From: Podarcis cretensis
Lineage: Eukaryota
NCBI GenBank assembly: GCA_951804945.1
Contig: OX638153.1
Location: 73,284,001 to 73,348,000, forward strand
Reading direction: 5' to 3'
DNA length: 64,000 nt
The position numbers and the translations under genes are program-made. Below are positions 13,801 through 24,600 of this stretch, piece after piece. Position 1 is the stretch's first letter; every line of letters begins with the position of its first letter. The notes below the pieces were generated by a model. The model had not been told where the DNA came from, ran no database searches, and saw nothing but the letters and a program-made list of their open reading frames with translations.

Positions 13801-15893
13801 CAACTGTAATTGCTCAGCTTCTTCTCCCCCTGCCGACGGCAGAGTAGGAACAGAAGATCTACGTGCCTGTGAGGCTAAGGCTAAGGTTGTTTGTCTAGTT
13901 CTTACTCTAGCCTCTTTTTTTTTTGCACCACTCATTCCAGTTTTGTCTAGTAATCAAGGTCAAACTGAGTTGTTCCCATGGGAAAGCAGCAGCCCAGAGA
14001 GTAAACAGTCAAATAGGAGGAAAGGAAAGAGAAAGTAAAATAAAGTCACAACTGTAAATCCAAAATCCTCTAGAGGGAGCTCAGAATATCTTGAGGGAAG
14101 AAGCCAAGTCAATAAAAGTCAATAAAGTCCAATTTAGTTTCCAGGAATCTTCAACTTAACTTATATTTAGCAGAGTTGGTTTAAAAGGCATTACATTGTC
14201 TCTAACAAGTGCCCAGAATGATGTTTCAATGTAACCAGTCCATAGACACTCAGGTTGTAACAAACCCCAATTACAAAGTGTCAAAGTCTGCAGTCTGACA
14301 GCTCTATTATTCAGGCAGTCCAAATACCTAGGCTTCTCAATAAAATTGTAATTCCAGAAGAAGAGGTTTAGCACAGTCCAAATAAAAAGAATAAATCACA
14401 AAGATAGTTAAAAGTCCTCACTTTGCACAAAAGCAGCTTCAATAAATGCACAGATCAGTTATTTTTAACGCCTCTTCAAAGGCTCCAAACGTCGAAATCT
14501 TTTGCTTTGAAGTTTAAGCAGCAGCGGAAGACGGACTTCCTGTTTATATCTCTCCGCTTTTAGCCGAATTTATAATAGTTTTAGGCTCAGATTTTACAGT
14601 CTTTTCTTACTCACGGATTGTTGCTTTTTGAAGATCCAATATTTCCAGGAAAAAAGGTCAGCGCTCACCGACAGCGGCTGTGCGGCTTCACTCCACGGGA
14701 ATAGCGATCGACTCACAGCGCTGCGATACCCCCTCCACGTTCCGGAGCCCCTTACGGGGTCCCTTCTGCGTTTCTGAGGCCGCTTCTGGCGCCCGCCGAG
14801 TCCCACGACCACAGGCTGTTGCTACCTGTGGGTTTCCGATGCGGGTCTCCGCTTCGCCGTAGCGGACGACCCGTTTTCCGCGGAGCTTCCCCTTCACAAC
14901 AAGAAGAGGACCGCCATTGCCGTTCGCGCCGCCGTTGGCACACAGACTCTCCACCTCTAAAATGAGAGATCCAGCCCACACATTTTTTGCATTTAAAAAG
15001 GATGAGATGTAGAGTGGAAGGACAAAAATCAGAAATGGAAACTGAAATGAATAAAAAAATCCCAGTGAATTTGCCAGAAGTAGGGATTTCTAAACCCAGC
15101 ATTGATATAGATATAAAGAGCCAGGGTTTTGAGGCTGGAATCCATGTGTGTGGCATCAATGTACAGAAATATTCTACTGTATTAACAAGAACTGCAGACT
15201 TCCATTACTAAGTCCCCCATGTGAGCAGACTTTTGGGGTGAGAAGCATAGGCGCCGACTCCATGGGGCCTGAGGGGGCCCGAGCCCCCTCAAAAATTCAT
15301 TTGGGGGGGCTCTGCCCCCCCAATAATTTAAGAAAAACAAAGCCACTCCCGATCTAGAGAGGGGGTGGGGTTGCGGGCTCTCGACCCATCAACAATCTCG
15401 CGGGGCTGGCGTCAGCCCCACAAGAAGCGGGGATTCCCCCTAGCTCATTAATATTCACCGCCCACGGCGGCAGCCAATCGGCTGCCGCAAAGGGCGGGCC
15501 CTCACAGGTTCACTTAAGGTCGGGGCAGCCTGGGGCTCGCCCCTTTCGTTCCCCCAGCAGCAGCAGTTTGGAGGTCTTGGGCCCCCCCAATATTTTTTAT
15601 AAGTCGGTATGGGCCCCCGCCCCCCCAATATTTTTTATAAGTCGGCGCCCCTGGTGAGAAGTGATACAATTCTGAAGTACATGAACGAGAAAAGTCTTGA
15701 AATAATTAGTAAACTTATAGTAAGCACTAAAATTGAAAGGCATTTCCTTTTTCTTTTTTAGATAATTAAACTTAATCGTCGTCTACAACTTCTGGAAGAA
15801 GAAAACAAAGAGCGTGCTAAACGAGAAATGATCATGTACTCAATTACTGTAGCTTTCTGGCTACTAAATAGTTGGCTTTGGTTTCGGCGCTAG
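1729..15893 (+). CDS. MFF: Mitochondrial fission factor, 3' portion (5' exons lie upstream of the window); join(1729..1887,8623..8682,12401..12485,15762..15893)
   Basis: The spliced translation VTPSPQQVRVCPPQMFSEDGSNLYSARGILSLIQSSTRRAYQQVLDVLDENRR-PVLRGGSAAATSSNPHHDAR-YTLSNMDTTFEGTPEDVTVVDAVSLRRQ-IIKLNRRLQLLEEENKERAKREMIMYSITVAFWLLNSWLWFRR* matches the vertebrate MFF C-terminus (coiled coil plus tail anchor). All introns are GT-AG and phases are consistent. Confidence 0.97.
4534..4710 (+). mobile_element. Squam3-like tRNA-derived SINE (degenerate)
   Basis: A-box-like GGCTCAGTTGGTAAAGCA and B-box-like GTTCAAT; body ...actgccagccagtgtag...ataaggcagtttcctatgttccta. Confidence 0.7.
5503..5759. 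mobile_element. hAT-type MITE nested in the head of a Squam3-like SINE
   Basis: Imperfect TIRs CATGGGTAAGGCAAACT / AGTTTGCTGACCCCTG; perfect 8-bp TSD TCCTAGCA at 5495-5502 and 5760-5767. Confidence 0.85.
7990..8350 (+). mobile_element. Degraded L2 LINE 3' fragment
   Basis: aaagccctgaacagctt...ctgtggaatactcttcc... followed by a T-rich tail and aataaacaaataa, like squamate L2 3' ends. Confidence 0.5.
8623..8682 (+). CDS. MFF: MFF 60-nt cassette exon (phase 2-2)
   Basis: Long polypyrimidine tract, ccctag|GCCAGTG ... GACGCCAG|gtaaat; encodes PVLRGGSAAATSSNPHHDA. Confidence 0.95.
9135..9413 (+). mobile_element. CR1 LINE 3' end
   Basis: Translates to ASLFSPAPETRSQTNGFKLQEGRFQLNI (CR1 ORF2 C-terminus) and ends ...ggactagatggccc...cccttccagctctgcaattctatgattcta. 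Confidence 0.85.
11417..11670 (-). mobile_element. L2 LINE ORF2 fragment
   Basis: Minus-strand translation EQVHSLGVRLDSTLLLEAQVARSAFSHLWLAHQLRPLL resembles the L2 region C-terminal to the RT domain. Confidence 0.8.
11849..11970 (+). mobile_element. tRNA-Lys(CTT)-derived SINE with CR1-like tail (Squam2-like)
   Basis: atagctccgtcagtacagcatgagactcttaatctcagg...gagccccacattg tRNA-Lys-like head, then gcagggggttggaatagatgatcc...ggtcccttccaa CR1 tail. Confidence 0.75.
12401..12485 (+). CDS. MFF: MFF penultimate coding exon (85 nt)
   Basis: tctcatag|ATATACC ... CGACAG|gtaatt; encodes YTLSNMDTTFEGTPEDVTVVDAVSLRRQ. Confidence 0.95.
13127..13204 (+). repeat. Left copy of the ~78-bp direct repeat flanking the L1 fragment
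   Basis: gttggcacacagactctccacctctaaaatgagagaaccagcccacacatttttttgcatttaaaaaggacgagatgt. Confidence 0.95.
13150..13935 (-). CDS. L1 ORF1p-like protein (coiled coil plus RRM, Transposase_22-like), C-terminally truncated; the last ~18 codons come from host flank
   Basis: 261-aa open frame: heptad coiled coil, then ELRNRENNLRLRSIPE ... IVSAFRLG ... KPRDCLIILRSKEERDKIL ... LYKDIPKQ, the typical L1 ORF1p motifs. Confidence 0.8.
   Translation of the reverse strand: MSGAKKKEARVRTRQTTLALASQARRSSVPTLPSAGGEEAEQLQLEDMAAGASGSILEKIFEKFESLDKKVDEQTAKIDQNAACLNRITEQVALNVQSIGQLSEATAENRKLAEATSQKVENLEQEVKPLHKQVGEQQMYLSMIELRNRENNLRLRSIPELEQGNLIEFLTKEFSKFWPLEEEKDFEIVSAFRLGRLARKDKPRDCLIILRSKEERDKILGLHYEKSLDISGTRAELYKDIPKQHLVLFKCKKMCGLVLSF
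13205..14933 (-). mobile_element. L1 (or HAL1) element fragment: intact 5' end, 5'UTR and ORF1, truncated at its 3' side; antisense to MFF
   Basis: The minus strand begins GGCGGCGCGAACGGCAATGGCGG (CpG-rich promoter with a YY1-like core) and carries an ORF1-like reading frame. No ORF2 or polyA. Flanked by 78/77-bp direct repeats. Confidence 0.88.
14934..15010 (+). repeat. Right copy (77 bp) of the direct repeat flanking the L1 fragment
   Basis: Differs from the left copy by 2 substitutions and one T in a homopolymer. Confidence 0.95.
15246..15653. mobile_element. GC-rich hAT-type MITE
   Basis: TIRs CATAGGCGCCGACT / AGTCGGCGCCCCTG; perfect 8-bp TSD GTGAGAAG (15238-15245, 15654-15661); local duplication of the 3' subterminal segment. 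Confidence 0.85.
15762..15893 (+). CDS. MFF: MFF last coding exon (coiled coil plus transmembrane tail anchor)
   Basis: tttttag|ATAATTAAA ... CGGCGCTAG; encodes IIKLNRRLQLLEEENKERAKREMIMYSITVAFWLLNSWLWFRR*. Confidence 0.97.
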   Translation: MIKLNRRLQLLEEENKERAKREMIMYSITVAFWLLNSWLWFRR

Positions 15894-16567
15894 AAATGGT
15901 CACAGTACTTCAGAAGATTTGTCAGTGGAGAAACATATAGAGAATTTGCAAAGTCCTTTGTTTCATTCTCTGAATTGTATGGTGATTTAGGATCCATGCA
16001 CTGGATATTTCTGACACAGTAAACAGCTGTAACATAACTTTACAATGTTAAAGGGATGCCTGGATGATTGTGTATATATTTTCAGAATTGTTGTATCATC
16101 CTATTATCTTCCTTTTGCATGACATGTACATTTGCATTGAATTAAAAGGGAATTGCCTCCAGATAACAAAGGTGTACTGCAGACAGTTCTCTCTTGTGTA
16201 GAAAGAAACAACTGGGTTTTGGAATTACCTGCAAAATGGCCTAATTTATGGTTTCTCATTGTTATTCCATAATTAAATGTAGCACCTTTATAGTTCACCT
16301 TATTGCACTTGTTTTATTTTAGCCAAATTTCATGTAGTAGAGCAGCAGATTAAAAAGCATCCTGAGTATCTCTCATTCAAGCACATGTACATATTGACTA
16401 AAATACATTCTTTGCTAAAATAAGTCAGCAGATTATCCAGAGGTGTGTGTAAGATGTATTTGAGCTTTAATTTTGCAATGTTTTTTCTAAAAAAAAGATG
16501 GTTTTTAAGCAAATCTGTCCATGAGTGATCTTAAGATTATGGAACAAAGTACCAATGTAATGTATTT

Positions 16568-16573
16568 AATAAA
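16568..16573 (+). terminator. Probable MFF polyadenylation signal AATAAA
   Basis: AATAAA about 670 nt after the stop, preceded by TGTA motifs and followed by a T-rich tract. Confidence 0.55.
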
Positions 16574-18889
16574 AGTCAGCCCAAAGCAGTATTTAATTTC
16601 TTATTTTTCCAATTAACTGTACCTTTTGCCCTTTGGATGTGTGGAGCATACAAAAAAGCTTTTATATCTCTCAGTCTAGATCAATATACTGCATCTAAAA
16701 TCACCACTCCCATTAATGATTGCATTTTTTTGCTTGCTCGTAGATTTCTATTCAATTCAACCATTTGCACAACTCTTATTTTCTTACATTAATATACACT
16801 TTGTGATGGATTTTAAAATATGTGTCTTCTTTGGGCAAATAAAAAATGGACATGAAAAGTATTTATTTGGGGGTGGGGTGGAATTAAGCCCTGCTCCTAA
16901 ATACTTTTATGAGTGAGGTGAGCTGAGTGCTGAAATCTTTAAGAATGGTGTATGCTAATTTGTTTAAATATCAGTGAGATAGGCACAAAGGGACTTCTGG
17001 ATAGCCACTTTGCACAATGGGAGCTGCTTCTTGTCTTCCCATATCCCCCATGTCCTTCAAAATCAGATCTGAAGAGTTGGGGAGTAGGCAAATGTGTGTG
17101 TGATAGGCTGCAGGAGGAAGGAAATGAAGTCTTGTTGCATAAGTGGAAATCCTGTGCATCACTGGATTTCACCCTTAGTTTCCAAATTGAAAGTGGAAGG
17201 CACCAAAAGACATCAGGCAGAACTGTGTTTGGAGTTATCCCTATACAAAATCCAAATTGGTGTGTTACCAGCAGTGAGTAAGTATAGTGGATGAAGGTGT
17301 TTGCAGAGCAAATAGCTTGGCAAAGGAACCAAATAGATTTTATACATATGCTTATAGGTTCTAGTAATAGGCTTTCTTAAAGTTAAGAATGAAGGGAAAG
17401 GTGGGAGTAAAATTTTGCAACTTAGTCATGTTGTTTCTTTGTTCACCCTACCCCATTTTTCAAGTAGTGTGTGAAGTGAGATACCGCCCATAATGTGAAC
17501 TTTCAGCTATTTCACCACTAGTGAGAGTTGTGTATGGGAGAAGCAGAGAAAGAAGCACACATTATTTTTTGTTTCATTCTTTTTCATGGAAGCTAGACAA
17601 GACCTTACAACATTTCTCCAGTAATAACAGGACAGGAATTGCCTGATTCCACTCATAAGAGTTAAGTCCATTGCTACCTAGTGACTAAACTCAATAATGA
17701 TACAGCTACTCTGTGATGTGAAAGACAGATCAGTTAACATCTGCAGCCCTTGGCCTGGTTTGCATGTCATGCTTTATTCTTGGCTACAGCTAACGGTTAG
17801 TGATGAAAGAGCTTAACAATCCTGGGCCTGAACAACACATTTGACTGAGCTCAGTGTGGGGTAGGAGGAAGAAAGATTGAGGAGGATAAATGCAGCTGCA
17901 AGCTGCTCTCCACAAGTCTACACATTCATGTCCCAGTAAGCCATAGTTTAGCTTACCATGATGTTTGAACCAAGCCATTGCTTATGGCTGAAAGAAAAAG
18001 AGTTAATAAGCTTTGTTGTGGGAGCACTGTAGCAGAACTGTGCAATATTTGTAAATTACTTGCTTTGGCTGAGGAGAACTAAGACCATGGCTATTTGTCC
18101 TGGCCAAATTGGATGCACATTTTACTCCCAAACGTAATGTATTTGGATCAAAACAAACTTTTTCATAAAGAACTCGGGAACTCTCGGAAGTTGCTGACTC
18201 ATTTGTTAGAAGCCCTTATAAAGTAACTAAAGCACGAGTTTGGGGATTAAAACAAAGCACCTTTTAAGATAGGCCTTTGCCTAGAATCTCAGGCAGTTAA
18301 TAATGATGTAGGTAATAGAATCTCAAGGTAATAGTGATGACAAGGCCAGAAGAGTTGATTAAAACTCATGTTGGAGAGCAATAGCACCCAGACACCGATC
18401 CAGGGCCTACACAGCCATTCCTAATTCAGATGTTAACAAAGAAATAGTTGAGATATCATCAATGTACACTGTGCTCCAGATCTAATCACTTCCTACAGAT
18501 GTTAAATAGCATTACAAACAAGATATGCAATGCTATCCTCTGGAACGGTTCTTGAAGATAAGATCTCATCTGAAGATCACAGCGTGGTTCACAACCTAAA
18601 TACACAAAATACATAATAAAACAAACAAAAGCAAACCAATAACCACACTCCCAAAAACTACTCAAAACTTTTCCACTTCCTTCTATATCAAACAATTTTA
18701 CTTAAAACAACTGAGAAAGGCTTACATTCATCACCCGGTGTTTTTTGTCAGTCTTCACTGCAGCCCAGTGAGGTAGGCCGGGCTGACAGATAAGGACAGT
18801 CTGAAGACCACCCAATAAATTTATGGCTGAGAAGGATTATAAATCTGGAACTGCCCAGTTTAAGCCCAGATTTCTGGCCTCTTTCTCTG

Positions 18890-20780
18890 TATTGCTCTTC
18901 ATCTGAAGATCACATGGCAATTCACAGCATAAGAACAAAAAATACATAGTGGAACAAAAACAAATCGATAAGACACAAACACGTTTAAAAGGCCATAGAA
19001 CGTTAATCAACCTCCGGACCTCTTGAGGAGGCACACGAAGAAGCGCCTCAGAAGATGATCTTAGGATCCAGGTGTGTTATGGAGAGAGAGAGAGAGAGGC
19101 AATCCTTGAAATATTGTATTTTTATTTTTTTTAAAATGATATTTATTAAGATTTTCCATAAAATCTTTTTCCCAATAACATCTTTTCAGGACTTCCCCTC
19201 CCCTCCCCCTCCTGTATTCCAATTCTTACAAGTAAACAAAAAAGAATTTCAACAAGTTCTTATCCCAAATTTAAACTTATTATCATTGACTCAATTTTAA
19301 AAATATTTTCCCTTCCCCTAAAATCGACCTGTTCCCTTCCGCGAGTTCCCCCCTTTAATATGCAATACAGATTACAATAGAAGAAAAATAAAAAAATAAT
19401 TTTACGCCCTTTGGATTCCAAATTTCCCTCCCCCCTTTCCCGGTTGCGTTCCCAATGTTCCTCAACGTCTGATATCTTCCTGGAGTTCCCACATCTCTCT
19501 AAACCATAGTCCTTTCCCAGTCATCTTTAGTTTCGAATGTCCAATCTTGGAAGGAGTCTGTCTCAAAAAAGGCCCATTTCTTCCATCCAGATTTTTATAT
19601 CTAGGGGTGAAAGCTCCAATTTTATTCCTTTAAACCTGTCAAATCTGGATGTCCCAAATGTTCCCACTTCCAACTTTGTCCAGTTCTTATTATTTTTGTT
19701 GTTCTTGTTGATCTCACTCCTCCTTTTTTTTTCTTTTTCCCTGCTCTCCTGCACAAATGTTCCAATTCCAAAAGCTTCTAATTCCTCTGCAGAGGCTTGT
19801 TATTCAAGAACAAACATTACGTCAAGTCCCTTTCATTCTTCAATAGATAAATCTATTGTCTCCTTTAGTGCATAGACCTCTGTAGACAAAATAGTGTTCC
19901 ATTTCTGCAGTTTCCCAGGAGATAGAAAGTTCTGGTCAAATTCCACGCCAACAATACTTGTAATGTCCCTCGGCTCCTCTAGGTGGATTGCAATAACTAA
20001 ATTCCCTTCCAGATCACGTCCACCAGTCAAAATAACTTGATATTCCTTGTTTGTAACAATTTGTATCCAATTTATAACAAATGTAACCGGCAAAGTCCTC
20101 GTAACAAAAATCTCTATTTTATTCTTCCGCTTTGACAGCTCTTTGACAGCTGTCAAAACCTCTATTTCTCTTCTCCCGGCGCTCTCACAAATCGCTCCCA
20201 GGGTTCCGGGGGGGGGGGGTTGCTTTTTAATTCAATTCCACCTTTCTCCTCCAGCTCAGTCTTATGATTTTCCCTCGCGAAGTTAATAACTTTATCAAAA
20301 TAGGGTTGCACTCGATCTTAGTTGTCAAATCCTTTGCTTTAACTCTTCTACAACAGGGGGGGGGCTGACTTCCTTTATGCGCCTCCCCCGCTCGCTCCGA
20401 ATTTTTTTTAAAAAATTATCCTGTCCTTGAAATATTGTAGCCCTGAGCGGTATAAGGTTTTATCGGTAAAAACCAGCACTTTGAATTGGGCCCGGGAACT
20501 AACAGCCAGAGCTGTCAAGCCAGGATCGGTGAAATATGCTCCAACCATCCTGCCCCACTGAGCAACTTGGCCGTTTGAATTCTGCACCGGCTGAAGTTTC
20601 CAAACCACCTTCAGTGATCCAACCAGTCAGTGCCAGTGCCAAGGACAGCTGGACATATAATGGACCCCATTACCTTTAGTAGCTTAGAGCCTCATCAAAC
20701 CTAAATCCGGCCCTGGATGCAACCTAGAGGTTACCAGAACATCGGGAACACTGGCTAATCTGTCCAGATGAGGACCACCG
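18890..20780 (-). mobile_element. L2 LINE 3' portion, split by a later L1-derived insertion and a small MITE; a second L2 tail lies at ~18540-18660
   Basis: Minus-strand KLQPVQN...RAQFKVLVFTDKTLYRSGLQYFK (L2 ORF2 C-terminus) at 20424-20610 continues across the insertion into an L2 3'UTR-like tail at ~18890-19118. Confidence 0.75.
19119..20423 (-). mobile_element. Non-autonomous L1-derived (HAL1-like) element, ~1.3 kb, with degraded ORF1-like remnants and no ORF2
   Basis: Perfect 16-bp TSD TCCTTGAAATATTGTA (19103-19118, 20424-20439). Minus-strand AATAAA and A-rich tail at the left end, purine-rich L1-type 3'UTR, and short broken K/E-rich ORFs. Confidence 0.65.
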
Positions 20781-20879
20781 TGGCCACACGTCATTTACAC
20801 GTCATTCGCCTTCACCTGTTCGTAGGGGCAAACCTGCCCTACACTTTTCTCATTCACCTTTCTACAGCTAGGGGGGAAA

Positions 20880-21600
20880 ACCCAGTCCCGAACTTGGCCG
20901 GAACAGAAAACGAAGCGGCGCTTGTTTCCGGACGGCGGGGCAGCCAGTGCGCCTGGTCCCCCGCTCCTTTCCCTCTCTGCCTGACTCCCTTCGATGGAAA
21001 ATGGCGTCCGCGTTGCTTCGGCCTCTGTTTATTGAGGGCTCCCACCGCTTACTCTCTGCCGCGCCGGGACGCGTCGCGCTCCGCCCTCAGCCGCGCCGAG
21101 ATAAGCAGCGTTGGGTCCGCGCGTATGTGGAGCAGCAGCGGCTGCTCGAGACCCCAAGGCCCCGGTGAGAGAAGAGGGGGGGGAGGAGGATGCTTGCTTG
21201 CCTGCCTGCCTGCCTGCCTGCCTGCTGGGAGGACGGAGGCTTAGAAAGAGCGGGGACGAGGGCTGCTCGCCTTTACCGCCCGTCTCCTTCCCTAAGGCCG
21301 AGCTTTGACCGTCGGCTAACGAGCGTCCCTCGCCGAATAGGGCTGCTGTCTTCGCTTGCTTCTGGGGTTGAGGAGAAATCAGGAGCGGAAAGGGTTTCTT
21401 TGGCGGGATGCGTGTCAGAAACTCTGGAAAGGAAGAAAGGAACGTGGGAATGGGTTTTTGCCCCCCGCCCCCAAAGCAAGCTGTTTCAAACAGCCCCGTC
21501 TTATCTCTTTGCCGGGCTTGCAAAGTGACTTCTTTTGAGGAGGTGGGCTGGCGAGAGAGACGGGTTGCCGCGGTCAGTCGTGGAGTATTTATTTTTAGTT
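20880..21600 (+). promoter_or_regulatory. CpG island / TATA-less promoter and first exon of MRPL44
   Basis: High CpG density, ETS/GABP-like CCGGAA and TTCCGG, a GC box, and YY1/TISU-like GAAAATGGCG at the start codon. Confidence 0.75.
21001..21164 (+). CDS. MRPL44: MRPL44 exon 1
   Basis: ATG at 21001; CCCCG|gtgaga donor, phase 2. Confidence 0.9.
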
Positions 21601-24600
21601 GTTTTAATTAATTAATTTCATTTAAAAAAAAATACTGCTTGATTGTAGTGCGGGGTGGGGGGTGGGGAGAGAGAGAGAAGCCTCAAGGCTGCTTATGCAA
21701 AAATAATAATAAGGTTATATTGCTAAAACCTCTGCAGCCATAATTTGAAACATGCAGGAAGTTAAAAAGCATGATAACGTACATTAATATTCATGCATTT
21801 TTTTCTAAACCTGTGGATAGGTAAAGGTAAAGGGACCCCTGACCATTAGGTCTAGTCGTGACCGACTTTGGGGTTGCGTGCTCATCTCGCTCTATAGGCC
21901 GAGGGAGCCGGCGTTTGTCCGCAGACAGCTTCTGGGTCATGTGGCCAGCATGACTAAGCCGCTTCTGGCGAACCAGAGCAGCACACAGAAATGCCGTTTA
22001 CCTTCCCACCAGAGCAGTACTTATTTATCTACTTGCACTTTGATGTGCTTTTGAACTGCTAGGTTGGCAGGAGCAGGGACCGAACAATGGGAGCTCACCC
22101 CGTCGCGGGGATTCGAACCGCCGACCTTCTGATTGGCAAGTCCTAGGCTCTGTGGTTTAACCCACAGCGCCACCCGCGTCCCTTAAACCTGTGGATAGGC
22201 TTGCCAAAATAAGAATGTCTTCAGCAGGCACCAGGGCAAGTGCCAGCCTGATACTGGTTGGTAAAAAAATGGTAGGGAAGGAGGGCTTCCATAGTGTCTG
22301 AAATGAGAGGCTCCCCATACGTATAAGAGTGCATGGGTATAACTGGGATTTATTTTAGGGGGGTGGCTTTATGGGGCGGGGGGGACTGAGTTATCTGCAA
22401 CACAATTGATCAGTTGTCTATTTATTTATTTAGTTGAAGGGGGTCAGCTGCCCCCCCCCCCAGCTACGCTCATGTAATAGTGTGTACTGTATGTATTTCC
22501 TTTGCATCCACAAAGGCTTCAAGGTGGCTCCCACCCCATGACATCAGTTTTTGGGGACCAGAGAACACTTATAATCAGATGCATGGAATATCAACTTGAG
22601 TTGAGATGACAGGTTTTGGACTCGATGGCCCTTGTGGTCTCTTCCAACTCTATGATTCTATGAAAACCATAGCTCATCACAATATTGAATAAAAAAGCCA
22701 TAAATCATCACAGTACAAAATGCTATAATAAGGGTATAGGTAAAACTGGAATTGATTATAATCTATAAAAAGTGACTTAATTGGAAATTTGTAGTCAGCC
22801 CTTCAAATGGCATACTTATCAACTGGCTAAGCTGGACTTACTTGCCACACGTGTTCCAAATTTTAGTTTGTAAGTAACTATTGACCATAGTGAAAAATAG
22901 ATGGATTTCTCCCATTATGGACTAAAAGTCAATTATTTCCGATAAAGCAATTCATCATTCACTTACATTTTAGCCAGTAGTTAAATACCTGCGGAGGACT
23001 CATGCTGAGGATTCAAAGCAGAGTGATATAAGGAAAAGGTTAAGAAACACTATACTGTATTGCTTGAGAGTGTTTTTTCATTCTTGATCTGTGGGAAGAG
23101 GCATGGTGTCACAGTGAGGCAACTCCAGCAGTATGACACTGCAAAGGCTTTCAGGATGTTTGACAGGGAGTGCAAAGTAGGCAGGAGTTAAACAAGCCAA
23201 CCGCATGAAACAAGCCAAGATCTGTTTGATTGTATGTGGGGTGACTTGTCCTTGTTTAATAAACAATGGCTTGATTAACAATAGTTTCACTTTGGCTTAG
23301 CAGGATGTGCAAACCAGACTGAAGCATTTGATTTCTACATGAATTTTATGCCTGCCTTTTCACCACTTTGTTCAACATTAGATAGTTTACCCTTGCATAA
23401 ATTAATGTACAGTAAATTAAAGCTTATGTAATTAAAGATAGTGGGTGATATTCAACTAAGTCATAATAAGAGTAGAGCCATTGAAATTAAGGGACTGTGG
23501 GTAATACCATTCAAAGTTCATCAGATTCTCTCTTCCCAAAATGTTTAAGCTAACAGCAAATAACTTGTCTTATTGGGCATAATGCATTATTAAGCTTTGC
23601 ATTCTTGCACTCAAGGTTTTCCTGAACTGTCAGAAACAAAACATGGAACAATTGGGAATGTAATATTTGTTTTGTAAAATCTAGTTCAGAATGATCGGCT
23701 AGAGTTGGGATGGACAAACTGTGGTTGGACTCCATCAGCCCCAGCTGGCATGACCAATAGTCATGGATAATGAGGGTTGTAATCTGACAACATAGCAGGG
23801 CCACAGGTTCTCCATCCCATTCAAATGCCTTTCATTATTGTTTTCTTGCTTTTTGTCATTATTTAGCTCTGAGAAACCTAACTGGGATTACCATGCAGAA
23901 ATACAGGCTTTTAGCCACCGGTTACATGAGATGTTTTCATTGGAATTCCTCAAAACTGCATTTGTTAACCGTTGTTATATTAAACAAGAAGAGTCGAGAC
24001 GCCAAGAACTGGGACTAGACAAAGAAGCAATTGCCCTTAATCTCAAGGATAATAATGAACTTTCTCTGAAGGGTATCTCTTTTTCACGATCTTACCTCAC
24101 GCGATGCTTGGAAGAAGCCTATCCAAAAATTCCACAAGCTGGCATTGAGGCACTTGTTAACTTTCTTACCAGTGAGGAATTAGTGTCTTATTTGGCCAGA
24201 AACCTGTCTCTTCAAGACTTCACACTTTGTGCAGAATTTCCTGTGCCACCTAATGTGCTTCAGAAGACTTTCTTTGCTGTAATAGGAGCATTGCTTCAAA
24301 GTAGTGGCTCTCAGAGAACAGAAATCTTTGTGAGGGTAAGTTATTGTGCACTATAACATTGTTATGTATAGCGTAATTAATAGTTCTTTGGCACCCATCC
24401 AGGACTACAGTGCTCTCTCTGTCATAACACTTAAAGGAATGATAAATTGCATTCTGCTGCCCAAGCATATAGTGTGTAATCTCCTACAACCATCCTCTTA
24501 GCTTTAACTCCATGTGTGTGATTGAAGTAGAAACAATGCTGCAAGCAGCTTGTGGCAGGAGTGTTTGTAAATTGTGCCCAAGAAAACCAATGTTGCACCT

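Noticed and set aside
13331-14038. 235-aa plus-strand ORF
   Set aside because: It is the antisense mirror of the L1 ORF1, Ser/Phe-rich with a non-ATG start, and has no independent coding evidence.
20768-21611. Overlapping ORFs around MRPL44 exon 1
   Set aside because: CpG island and (GCCT)n microsatellite artefacts; only 21001-21164 splices into the MRPL44 frame.
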